This document shows, in pieces, positions 11,701 through 23,063 of a stretch of 64,000 nucleotides of DNA. The number at the start of each line of letters is the position of its first letter. Within the stretch, counting starts at the first letter, position 1. The position numbers and the translations under genes are program-made. A model generated the notes under the pieces. The model saw only the letters and a list, made by a program, of their open reading frames with translations. It searched no databases and was not told the origin of the DNA. This DNA is from Pavona decussata (Eukaryota), in the NCBI GenBank assembly GCA_977016875.1, contig CDRNST010000196.1:868001-932000 (forward strand). Reading direction: 5' to 3'.

Positions 11701-14700
11701 TTTGGGCTGTTGCAATCCAAGATAGAAGTGACTCATTCTATCTTCCTTTGGAACGAGGTTGCTTATGAGAAAATCACGAACGTGACATAGCCTAGTCAAT
11801 CAGAAAAGCAGGCAGTCAGTTAGCTAGTTAGTCAGATGGAAACAAACTAATGAACTGGGCACAAAACCAAAGGAGCAAAACAAGCCAAAAACTAAACTAT
11901 AACCAACTAAGGAACTAAATTAGTTCGCTAGTTAGTTTAGTATTTTTTCTCTTTTTCTTCCTTTAAAAATTATACCCTGTTTGTTAATTTGTTTCCTCGT
12001 TTGTTTTCCTTAATATATTGAGTTCGTTTTCCTTAATAGTTTGTTGTACTCAATATTTTGAGTGAGCGTCAAGTCCATAGATTTGTTTGTTTGTTTATCC
12101 TTTTTACACAATAAGAGAATTTCATCCAAAGACTCTAACATCCCGTTTTCAAGTACAATTTTTGTTTCTATTCGTTGTTGTTGTTGTTTTGTAACTCAGT
12201 TTTGTCTTTCTCGAGTTGCTATATAATCTTTCAACGCCATTTTTCACCGCAATATCGCATTAGTTTGAAAGAGTAAAATGTTTGAAAAATTGCATATGTA
12301 AGCAGGCCTTTTTCAAATGGTTGACTTAAAATTTTGTAATCCGATCTGATCTGAAAATGTTAAAACCCGCGCGGTAAAAACATTAGTTTCTTAATAAAGA
12401 ACAAATGTTCCTACTCGTCTGAAGGCAGATCTATCTGATAATCTGCAAATTTGTCGTAATTTATCCCTAAGGGGTTATATTGCGTCCAAAATGAGTCATT
12501 AACGGAAAAGTTTAGTATAATTGTGGTGTTAATCTACAAAAAATTTGGCATAAATTTATATATTTAAAACACCAGATGCTAATTACATTACTTGTCTGAC
12601 GGACTCTAATTAGTGCTTAATAATTTTTACAGCTGGCGTGCATCTGAAATGAATTGTCCTGTGAGTATTGCATGAGATATCAAGTCATGTACTCCTGATG
12701 AGGTCATTTCGATATTATTTAAAAAAAATTAACTTGGTTGCAAGACTTGGCACAATAAACCAATAAAATTCAACTTTTATAAAGGTCCGGGAAAGAAGAC
12801 ATCATTAGTTTCGTTTGGACTCGGAGCCAAGTCAAATTTGAAGTTTATGGAAATGTATGGGACCCTTCACGTCGGTATTTTTTTTAACCCCAGTTTATAG
12901 TAGCAGTATTTCTTTCAAAGTTACTTGGTTGGCTCGTATTTAACGTAATTTATGGTTGTCGAAACTCCACAGCGAAAGTATTGAGCCTCTTTATCCGATA
13001 AGACACCGAATTTTCTGAATCGCTTCTACTTAATAAAATTCCTCCGCATTACATTGTTGAATGAAATCATTAAATTCCAATTTTGACAATAGCAATGCTC
13101 TTTGGCCTTTATGGGCGTTCCATCAATACGAATATCTTGCCAGCCATTAAAAGACAAAAATATTTCATTGAAAAAGAGGGCGTTTACCATGAACGGAAAA
13201 TCCAAAAATTTGGATTGAAAGCGGAATGAAGGACAGAGAAAGTAAGAAGCACCCCGGTACAGGTTAATGGATAGTTATGAATGAATGGTTATACATTACG
13301 TAGCATTTCATCTACAGACATCAAAAGTTCGTTTAACTAACTAAACCAAACTCCAGAGCCATCTGACAAAGTTTTGGTTGATTAAAATGAGAAAAATTTT
13401 ACAACATGTCTGCTGTATTACAGACTCATCATGGTCACGTAATTAAATTGATCAAATGGGGTCTAACATATCAAGGCTAATTAGACGTATTAACAAGGAA
13501 ATGAATTGAAGTAATTAAACAAATGAACATGATGTAATTAAATACAGACGGTCATTTAAGAATTCTCTAGCGGCTGTGATTCCCTCAATCAAAGCCTCTA
13601 GAGAATTAGACCTCTTTCTTTAATTACATCGTGTTCGTTTCTTTAATTACTTCAATTCATTCCCTTGTTAACACGCCTAATTAATTTTGATATATCAGCT
13701 GTCCATTTGTTCAGTTTAATTATATGACTATGACTCTGTTACAGAGACGAAATATTGTAAAAAAAAATTTTATTGTTATTCACCAAAACAATGATAACCA
13801 ACCTCGGCTCTATTCTATTCATTTTCTAACTACACCAAATTGCGTGACTCTCTAGCTAGTGCTGAAGTGTGAACCAAAGAAGATCAATAACATGACATTG
13901 ATTGTTGTGAAAATGACTTCGCGTAAGCAAACTAATGAATTAAACAGCTCTAGCTTACACAATGAAAACTCATTTTAGCGTCTTGATGCTACGCCTGGGT
14001 CGTGAGAATGAATGTTTTTGGAGCACACCCATTAATGACTTCCAGTCGTCACTCATTGTCAGAGCTCAGCTTGATACGAGATATTAAAAGCGAATTCCAG
14101 TATGAAATTTAAAGGAGATACCAAATTTTTAATGTGTTTCTTTTTTTTCTTTTTTTGTGGCGACGATGCGATACGCCCCTGTTAAGGCCCGTTAACACGC
14201 GGAACACGCGATTTTCTTTTTTTTTTTTTGTTTTTGTTTTTTTTTCTTTTTTCTTTTTTTCTTTTTTGGAAACAACTTTTGTCGCCTTGAGTTTGACATG
14301 AAAATGTGCTGATTTCAGTACGATTTTAGAGCGATTTGTTACCCCGAAATCACAGGAGTTTCTAACATGTTCGAAACTTCATGCATTTTGGTGGCTATTT
14401 CGAGGAAATTGTACCACTTGCACAGAACCAGAATCGCCCCTCAGGCGCCAGTTTGATTACACTTGCGATTTTCATCGCGAGATCGAGCAGGACGAAAGTG
14501 CGACAAAAAATCGCATCAAAATCGTCTCTGTTGACGACCCTTTAACCGAGCAGCTCCAGAGGAAACAGAACGGAATGTTTGCAAAGGGTGTGGCCGAATA
14601 TCCAGCATTTTCCTACCTTTGGTTTTTCTTGGTACCAAACCGTTTAAACGAATGTTTGCCGTGGGATGTCTCATGACAGTTTCATTACTTGACTGAAAGC

Positions 14701-17700
14701 TCAGTGTATACTGGACCTAGAAGAAAAAAAAAAACCCAAACTTAACGTCTTAAAAAAAATCCTTCTGTGGCTTTTTATTACACGTAATGAAAGGGGTGTT
14801 CACATGACACAATCACAATCATCATGCCTCCGCATATGACTTTTGAGTAGCTTGCAGAACAGGCGTCATTTTCTTGTGTTTTTCAAGCGCGCGGAGGCAA
14901 GCGCGAGGCCAAACTTTTGAGTGGTATCATTAAATGAATCAACAAGACTCATGCAGTTCCGAGTGCACAATCCTAGTGCACTTTCCATTCAGCCAAAAAA
15001 TATGCGTCCAGTCGGTCGAAATGCAAACGGAACGCGCGGTTACACCAAAAATTTTCCGGAACTCAAACAGAACATCTTTGGAGGTTTCCCACTTTTTCCT
15101 CTCTCGCCGGTTGGAAAGGAAATTACCGTTCCTTTTGCCGGTGCAAGGCGCGACGCTTACAATTTGATCAATCAGGAAATTCCTGAAGAGGAACTGATCG
15201 AATAAAATAACAGTTTTCCGGAACTTGGGTATACTTGAGAGGTTGTCCTAACGTTCCGAAAATTCCGTTCCATTTGGCCATCACCCCACTCTGGCCCACT
15301 TTCTCCCAACGTAAATGTGGAAATTTTGTGAATGGAATGGGTGTGTTTTCAAGTCAGTTACGGTTAACTGAAAAATACTGTTCCGTTCGTCACCTAGATT
15401 TTTCAAAACTTTATAGGGAACGATGGCCGAATGGAAAGTGCCCAAAATTTCTATTTCCAAATTGCTGGCCTCGTCCAGCGCCATTGTAGAAGCTTTTTGA
15501 GCTACCAATGGGATTTCAAGTTTGGAAATGAAGACGAGGCTCGCTCCACGACGGAACAAGCCTTTCTATTCGGCATGGATGAGTTTACGAAATTATAGAC
15601 CAAACGTTTTGGCTAAAAGGAAAGTGCCCCCAGAAGCTGTACTGCTGGATCGAGGTTTTCATTCACTACTGATTTACGATGTCAGGTAAACAGAGAATGG
15701 CCATTTCTTATCATATACCCCTTTAATAGATGAGTCCCGTCCAGTTTGTTACGACTTCCCGACGGAAAACTGATGCATATCCACGCTGGATCGAACTGAT
15801 TGAACTTAAACGGTTGTTGTTTTTGTTTCTTTTTTTTTTTTTTTTTTGTGGTTTAGTTGACACCCTTCAAGCTTGTTGTCAGTTGCATTTTTCTTCACCT
15901 CCCGGGAGCTTTTAGCCTCTGCAAGGGATATTTTCTTTGCGAGATTCTCAGATTTTATCTTCACTGTGTACAAGGAAACTTGCCAAGGTTTATTGTCATC
16001 ACAACTGTTTTTTTTTTTCACGGATATATCAGTTTTGCTGATTAAAGCTTATCAGTGATTAGTGGATACCTTCCATGTATCACATTCAAATGCTTTTTTT
16101 TTTGTTATTTTGTCATGTAACGATAAATGCAACTTTATATTTATTACAGGCAAGAAATCCCCTTAGGAGCCATAAAGGCTGATTAAATGAAAATGCCCCG
16201 CAAATAGCTTTAAATTAGCATGACTTAGACACGATCAGGCACTGATTAGGAACTAAAGAACTATAGAATGGTATAAAGAAAATTTTGGTCTATATAGATT
16301 ATCTAGAGACGGAGGTATTCAAGTTATCTGGAAGTAAATAAGTGATAAAGAAACAGGTTATTTGTTTCCTCGAAAGGTATTAAATTTAAGCTGACAGAGT
16401 TGATTTAACTTTGATGCGATTGGCAAAGAAAAATTAATCATGGTCATTTTCATGATACCATGCAAACATTACGGTTAAATCCTTACAGCATCACCAGATT
16501 CTCATAGGCTAACAACAAATAAACGAATAGCAACCAATGAGGAGAATCTACAATTCAAACATTTCACAGAAAAATGTCTGACTCGTGATATCGTATCGGG
16601 ACAAAGCTAAGCCCGCATTTTGGATTGAAAATATTACGATTGACGCAATCTCTTGATATGAAGTAATCTCCTTAGTGGTTGTGTTTATCAAAAATGGGGA
16701 TAAAAACACAAACGAAAACAAAAGATCATGCAGTTCAGGGAATAACAAGGTGCATTATTTCAAACTCTTTTTCAGGGGTTAAATGAAACAACTCTATCCC
16801 AAGCACGTATTAGATATCAACTTTCCGTTTTCATTAAATATTACGTTTTAGTTTATGTGTCATCCATACCATTCCTGTGGCGTTGAATCTAAACTTGAGA
16901 TCTTTGATGTATGGCTCAATCGGAGGAATCATGCTGGACAAAATTGGTGTCTTAAGGATTGGGGCGACGGTGCCATCTTGGACGAGGTACAAGTTCGTGT
17001 TTAAATCTGATAAAATAAACATAGCATACACCAGATTACAAACACAAATATGGCTTGGGATCATTAAACAGCTGGACGCCTCGGTTGGACCTTTTGGGTT
17101 GTTATTTAAGATTTCCGAAGTATCAGTTGTAAAGTGAGTGGTATGAGGTCCTGGCAAAAAAAAAAAATCTAAAGCGCTCGGGGAAAGGGTGGGGTACTCC
17201 ATAAAGATTCATCTACGGGAGGCTCCGCCGTGTGCCAGTTCAAGGACTTATCCAATTATCTACCAGCTCTTACCGAAATGGTACACTATTTTTTTTCATA
17301 AGAACGATGAGGCTGAGATTAACTAAAATTTAAGAACATACTAAGAACATTACTCACGCTGAGAGTCATTTAAGAACATTTTTATTCCAACCAAATATTT
17401 GTAAAATGAACAGTATAAGTACGGATAAAATAATATATGAAAAAGTCAGTCTATATTGTTCAATTAACCCAAAGGCAGGTCTTGGTCACGTCCGCATAAA
17501 TTTATTGAAATACTAGTAAAAGATAACTGAAGAACATCTTAAGAAATTTTCAGGCTCAAATTGCCAAAAAAATAAAAACGTTCAACCTCAGCCTCAAAAT
17601 TAGACGTTGTTTTATAAAAAAAAAAGTGTACTCATTTGAAATATATAGAATAAAAAATTGCACCGCTCTCACACACCTCAAAGATATCTCAAGGTCAGAA

Positions 17701-19684
17701 GCCATTTCTTACGTTATTGATACAGTAGGACTCAGTTCGATTCACATAAATAACGTTGAGAACTGCCGAGAATTTCAGTCAGTTTTTGTTACCCTTTACT
17801 GCCCATTTGATCTGACCCTTCGGATTGATCAAATTTTACAAATTCGCTATCCTTTGGCATGTAACGAGCGTTAAAGTGAGCTTCCCTGTTTAGTTTCCCC
17901 TCCCGGGGGAGTTAAAGCTAAGGAATTAAGTACTCTTTGAGTAAGCCCTCTTATTGTTGTATGGCTGGGGTGGGAAGGGGGATGTTTGCTCCCACGCAAG
18001 GAATTAAAAGATTCGGCAGTCATCAAAACAATGTTTGTATTTTTTGTTTTGTTTCTATTTTTCATTCTCAGGTACTTCAAGTGGTTCGAAATCAGTATTA
18101 GCTATGTATTGCTCGTTCGTTACCAGAACTGTAAGAGGGCAGTCGGATTAAAAAGGAAAGATTTTCTAAACATTGAGTAAGACAACTGACATATTTGCAT
18201 GTTTAGATTTATTTCTGATTTTCTTGTGTTCTGAGTGAGTCAGTAACCCTTTTCAGATACGAAATTCAGTTCATTTGCTTTTAATTTAGTAATTCTGAAT
18301 GAAATGGATCCTCCCTTTGTTTGATAAGCGGAACCGATAATATAACACCAAAGCATTTATGTTTACATCTAAAGACCCCCAATATAATACGATATTAACC
18401 TCACCCACCAGTTGCGTGTCAGACGAAATATAAAGGAAGAGTCAAATGACCTTGCCAGGTGGGGAAGTGCAGTCACACTGCGCAGTCGACATTTCGTTCG
18501 CAAACTTGCAGTGGGAAATAAACAGCAGGCAAGAGAAAGGAATTAGATATTTGTGGTCTTATTGCATAATAAGAGCGATATTAAAATGGAATCAAGTCTA
18601 ATGGAGAGCTATTTGGCACTATCATTAAACTTTAAAATCATAGATTTGTGGCTCTATCCGATCAGTTGATTTGTGCCAAGTCGATCTTTGATTTACGAGA
18701 CAGCCAGAAAGGTCATGAAAAGTGTTACAAAGTGTAACCATTAACATGAAAGTAACTAAAAAGGACTTTTCTTGGTGCTGTGTAACACGGTGTGCTTGGA
18801 TGGTTTAAATGTTTGAGTCTGGAAAATCCTAAAATACAATTGGGCTACTGAGCATTGCTTTTAGGAAGCGTTGTCTGAAGCCCGGCTGTACAAGGTGGGT
18901 CAACCTTTTGTGCCTGTATGAAATCCTAAAATATTAATGTGGCTATTCGATGGAAGCTACTGATCATGAAAATGTCCTTTATTTTCTATCTCTTCGGAAT
19001 GAAAGGATTTAAGAATAAATCAGTTTCACCGCATTTCAAACTGATCAGCAAAGACCGGATGCCTGCGATGGCCACAAGCCGGATCACTGGTTGGTCTTGG
19101 AACGATAATAACTGTGAGCCATTTCAAGGCGATAACAGGGCTCATGTTGCTCTGAAGAGCTGACAAAAGCTGTGAATTGTCCCCAGAGTGATTGATGATG
19201 GTGACGACATGTGAATCAATCAGCCTGCTACGGTGGGACGTTGCAGTGTGTCTGCTAGCTCTTACGAGAAGGGTTAATTCCAGAATGCATGAAGAGCCAT
19301 TACGAAAGGCCACAGGAAAACAATCAAAATATCACGAATAACCTTGTCAAGTGTTTGTCTTAATTTTTTTTCCTTTGATAAGTATTAATTCAATATCGAC
19401 AAAATCAGGGTTTACCCGATAAAAGAAGGCTATCGCGCGGCAAAATCCTGATCTAAGACTCGGGTAACTCACTCATGATGCGCGGGAAGGGTTGATTTAT
19501 GCGCGACAGAAAACCTTGTTTACTCACACAAGTCTACAAAGAAACAACTCTACTTACCGTAAAGAAAGCGCGATACTTCTCTGGCCTCAAGGAAGACGTT
19601 GAGCTTTGCGGCGCATTTGCCGAGCAAGAGAGCGAAAACGAGGAGAAAAACTTCGAGAAAGTTTCCTGCCCCGGGGCCGGCCAT
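8395..19684 (-). CDS. Secreted WIF-domain + NTR(C345C)-domain protein, 318 aa; join(19684..19558,17006..16870,14716..14617,11413..11276,10090..9956,8714..8395)
   Basis: Six exons (127,137,100,138,135,320 nt = 957 nt), all GT-AG, with compatible intron phases 1,0,1,1,1 and no internal stops. Protein: MAGPGAGNFLEVFLLVFALLLGKCAAKLNVFLEAREVSRFLYDLNTNLYLVQDGTVAPILKTPILSSMIPPIEPYIKDLKFRFNATGMVQYTLSFQSSNETVMRHPTANIRLNGLVPRKTKGFRVRFPCTGKVSGETLLTINISFIEMTGSNIWGPLSLTLKRHCVADKEPWIYHPRFNSSGPEVTPLPPPQVCNKKCNKRHVMRRFCLSDFVIKARMENEIMRNGQARLRVRVLRTYKQSKVKINNRQLLEKRGHEITCSCSNLKANRVYIILGKEDRRKRVLYVDNFSTALEWSKNGKSYIRVYRKRASCPERRTH. Confidence 0.9.
9670..9891. mobile_element. MITE (PIF/Harbinger-like) in WIF-NTR intron 5
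   Basis: TIRs AGGTGCGTTCGATTGACCCTATTCCGGAATAGGAATA / TATTCTTATTCCGGAATAAAGTCAATCGTACGCAACCT. Confidence 0.7.
9956..10090 (-). CDS. WIF-NTR gene exon 5 (Pro-rich linker + NTR Cys1-3)
   Basis: KEPWIYHPRFNSSGPEVTPLPPPQVCNKKCNKRHVMRRFCLSDF; AG at 10092-10091, GTAAGT donor at 9955. Confidence 0.88.
10209..10295. repeat. Degenerate (CAT)n microsatellite
   Basis: Interrupted CAT/CAA/TAT triplet run. Confidence 0.8.
11276..11413 (-). CDS. WIF-NTR gene exon 4 (WIF C-terminal part, both Cys)
   Basis: FRVRFPCTGKVSGETLLTINISFIEMTGSNIWGPLSLTLKRHCVA; AG acceptor and GTAAG donor. Confidence 0.88.
13371..13789. repeat. Long foldback inverted repeat (~205-bp arms, tiny loop) in WIF-NTR intron 3
   Basis: AATTCTCTAGCGGCTGTGATT...AATCAAAGCCTCTAGAGAATT at the centre (~13584); the arms pair outward to GTTTTGGT / ACCAAAAC. 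Confidence 0.8.
14182..14545. mobile_element. MITE (PIF/Harbinger-like)
   Basis: TTAAGGCCCGTTAACACG...GCGATTTT versus AAAATCGC...CTGTTGACGACCCTTTAA. Confidence 0.5.
14617..14716 (-). CDS. WIF-NTR gene exon 3
   Basis: VQYTLSFQSSNETVMRHPTANIRLNGLVPRKTK; polypyrimidine-AG acceptor, GTAGG donor. Confidence 0.88.
14975..15630. mobile_element. MITE(s), GCACTTTCCATTC-terminus family
   Basis: GCACTTTCCATTCAGCCAAAA at the left; inverted CCGAATGGAAAGTGCCC (~15427-15443) and TTTTGGCTAAAAGGAAAGTGCCC (~15607-15629). Confidence 0.55.
16870..17006 (-). CDS. WIF-NTR gene exon 2
   Basis: LNTNLYLVQDGTVAPILKTPILSSMIPPIEPYIKDLKFRFNATGM; AG acceptor, GTATGG donor. Confidence 0.88.
17282..17630. mobile_element. 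MITE with TACAC...GTGTA ends
   Basis: TACACTATTTTTTTTCATAAGAACG..GAGGCTGAG versus CTCAGCCTC...TTATAAAAAAAAAAGTGTA. Confidence 0.6.
19558..19684 (-). CDS. WIF-NTR gene exon 1 (signal peptide + first WIF strand)
   Basis: MAGPGAGNFLEVFLLVFALLLGKCAAKLNVFLEAREVSRFLY; GTAAGT donor at 19557. Confidence 0.87.
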
Positions 19685-19771
19685 GACTGTTCCTGGGAGA
19701 GCGTTTTGTTGCTTTGACTAACTTCGTGATAGTTTGCCGAGTCGTTTCAAATCGCTGTTGTCATAGCCTCG

Positions 19772-19778
19772 CTTTATA
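19772..19778 (-). promoter_or_regulatory. Probable TATA box of the WIF-NTR gene
   Basis: TATAAAG on the minus strand ~90 bp upstream of the ATG at 19684. Confidence 0.5.
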
Positions 19779-22700
19779 AAGACAACATCATTATTAATTA
19801 CAGTAATTAAAATCCGCAAATGAAACCTAATGACAGATTGGTTAAGACTGTCATCTGATTTGGCCACAATGTAAACAGTTGTTAGAGTAATATCATTAGC
19901 AGTGAATGTAAATGACAAGACCGCGAGACTCCGTTTTTCCTTTATCGAACAATGAGCCGCTTTTGTGCCCTCACCGGCTTGCAAAGCAAACAACATGCAT
20001 ATGTGTCACGCCTAAATTTTTTTATGACTTTGTTTACAAAGTCCCCATCATGTTTGCAAGCATTCTTCGTTACGAAATCAAAGCATCTTGGAGATAATTT
20101 TCCTGAAGACAGACTACGTCAAACATGACAGATAAGCGAAATAAACTGAAACAGGTGCAAGGTGCCCATCTGTAAAAGTTAGAATTCAAAAACAGGCTTA
20201 ACGTGAATTCCTTTTCTGGTCCAGTCTCGTTAATTTTGATTAAGTGGCAGAGAATTTCCGGACAATCGACATTCCTGCCCCGCTGCTCATGTCCTCGATT
20301 CAAGCTGTTCCTCTCCAGGACGAATATTCTGGAAACAGTAAGTGGCGATTCCATATGGCTCACCCTCGCAGACTCGTCACTGCAGAGTGCAAAATGTTCG
20401 CATGTTAAATAAATTCTTTTAAATTATCAATATCAACCTTATTTCGGTTTTAGCATTGCGCTGGAACAAAACACACCGGGCTAGTCATCTTTTTTTCTCA
20501 TTTGCTTTCAACCGCTAACAAAAAAAAATCAATGTTTTTTTTCCCCGTATGTTTAAGCTTTCATTCCTTAATGCGATGCACAGAGTAAGATGCACGCGTT
20601 GCTCAGCAGAAACCTTGATACAAACTTTATACATTTATTCAAGTTTATGAGTACAGGAAAAGCAAATTGCGGAAAGTTGATAACATCAATTCAAAGACGA
20701 TCCGTCTAATTCTAATTGGCCCGGAGTGCAATGATCGATAATTAATTCTTTTGTGTGCATGACTGATCGAAATTTAAAAACGTCCCGCCGCAATCAGTTG
20801 AATAGTTAAAAAAACAAAAGATACACGAAAGTTGAAGCTTTGTAATGGAGGAGGTAAACAAACCGAGTTAGAAAAACAATTAAGTCGTCTAGTGGAATAA
20901 GTCTCTTCAATTTTCTTCACCGGAATCGATAATTGCCGCGGTTTGCAGCCGAGAAGTTGTTAAAAGGCGACGAAGTTTCCCAAATTGACTTCTACAGTCG
21001 CTTGAAGGCCACGTTTTCCGATTGCTCACGCAGAAATGGCAGCTCGCAAGAAACCTTTCCAATTCCAGTGACCGCTGGGCAAAGTGCTTGAAGATCATGT
21101 CTCCGGAGCTGTTTCAGTTTGAAGGATCATAGAGTTCAAAGCTAATCAGCTACTTTTACATGAATTTTGCAGAAAATAAGCTCTAAATGTTCCAATTTGC
21201 TAAACTATAACACCATAAAGTGATCTGTATCTGCGGTTATAGGTTAAATCCATTTGAAAAGGAAGCCGAAGTGTAATTCAATCTGCATGCAGGCATTTCG
21301 TTTTGTTTTGCTTTGTTGTTTGTTTGTTTCTTTTCTGTTTGCTGTCCCAGTTGCTGTTGGTTAAGCTTTCTTCGTTTAAGCATTAAAGGCTTTCTTTTAT
21401 GTGAAAATAACTGACAAAACTGACAGTTCGGTCCCGCTCTGTTCGCGACGAATTCAATCACTCATGAAGACACTTCTCTTCTTATCATTTCATTGGAACA
21501 AGCGGTGCTGGTTTCCAACGAGAACATTTTGAACAAAAAATGTTTAAATAGTTGTCTCATGTGTTCGCAGACCGTTTTATGCCCTTTTAACTGAGAAATA
21601 TTTGTGTTAAGCAAGAGAGGATGAATCCTCTCTTGTGTTAAGTTAATACAAACTGATCTGTTCGTCACCTTTAGCTAAAAATTTAGTTACAGAAGTTTTA
21701 GGAAGAGGAATTTCATCGCCTTTTTCGGCATAATCTGCCCCTTCGAAAACGAAAGGAATTAATTACCTTTGAAACGTTACGAATTTTGAGCTGACATCTT
21801 GCCAAACGAAAACTGTAGTCTTTATTCAAAAAAATATGAAAACATTGGCCAAGCCGCCATGCCTGTAATCACTCTGTAGTAAATTGGCGAAAAAACATTC
21901 TGAGATGTACGTACTTATAGGGCAACGTAAGTTACCGGGACTCGAGAAACGGGCCCCTGAACAGATATCTGGCACCGAATTATACCGTTGGGTGCCCCTG
22001 AACAATAACCTTTAATGTTTTCAAAAACGTGATTTTCTTAGTTTTCTACCGGATTTCGTTTCCACAATACGCTCAGACGAAATCTTCTTACAAATAAATC
22101 GTCATCGGCGAGTTATTTTATGACAAAAGGATTTCGTACAGCTTTCGTTACCCACTTTCATGTTGTTTTGTTAAGTTTTAACAATGAAAGCAGTTTTACA
22201 AACAGACCCGCTCATTATTTTACATGATTAGGAGGCAATGTCAAACAGCTTTCTTTAATATTAAATTATACGATTAGGGAATGTTTTAAAACAGCTCTTT
22301 TTTGGGCCTGTTTGACGTCATTTGGCCTGGTTTAAGGGTTATGTCTCAGTCATAATATTCAGGAAGTAGAGGATTAAATAAAAGAGAGGCATTATAAAAT
22401 TAGCATTCCTCTATCTATAGCTAGACGCTTGAGATTAGGAAATTTGAGTAGACTGCCAAACAGTCGGGGTTTTTTTCTCCTAGTTTTGTTCTTTTTTTTT
22501 TCCTCATTATTCAATAAAAAGACGCGAAGCACCGAAAGCGTGGGTCTTCGCGCCCAAAGCCAGTGCTAGCAGCACAAAATTCTTGATTAAGTTCATTGAC
22601 AGGGCAAGAGAAACAATTTACGTTTTGCTGGAGAAACGCAGTTTTGCTGCGTCACGTGCGTCATTTAAATACAGTCACCGGCTCGTGGCAAACTGACCGA

Positions 22701-22919
22701 GATCTTTCAGTTATGTAACGGACTTTTCCGAGCGCGAAGTTACGAGAAAGGGAGGAGGCAGAGGGGATGGGGGGTGGAGGGGGGGGGGGGGTTCTTGAGG
22801 AAAAACAATATTGAAGAGAATCCATGCATGTTGGCGGTTTTCGACCATAAAATTGCAGTTATTTTAAAGCACGTGCACTTGTATGGAAGAATTAGTAAGA
22901 GATGTTGCTGCATCATTAA

Positions 22920-23063
22920 TAACCAACAGTTAGACATTTTGAATAAGTGAATGATCATCGCAGTTATATGTAGGCAACTAAAGCAGTTGCGAAATGAAAG
23001 CCTGAAAAAATCAGGCTTAAACGGGATTCGCGCCCATGACGTCTGCAACACCGGTGCAGTGCA
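22920..23063 (-). mobile_element. tRNA-derived SINE, truncated
   Basis: GCCTGAAAAAATCAGGC...GGGATTCGCGCCCATGAC...CCGGTGCAGTGC is the reverse of a tRNA-like head plus body; homologous to 34795-34960. Confidence 0.6.

Noticed and set aside
20070-20412. ORFs upstream of the WIF-NTR start as additional 5' coding exons
   Set aside because: Exon 1 already has ATG, signal peptide and TATA box; no homology or compatible splice structure.
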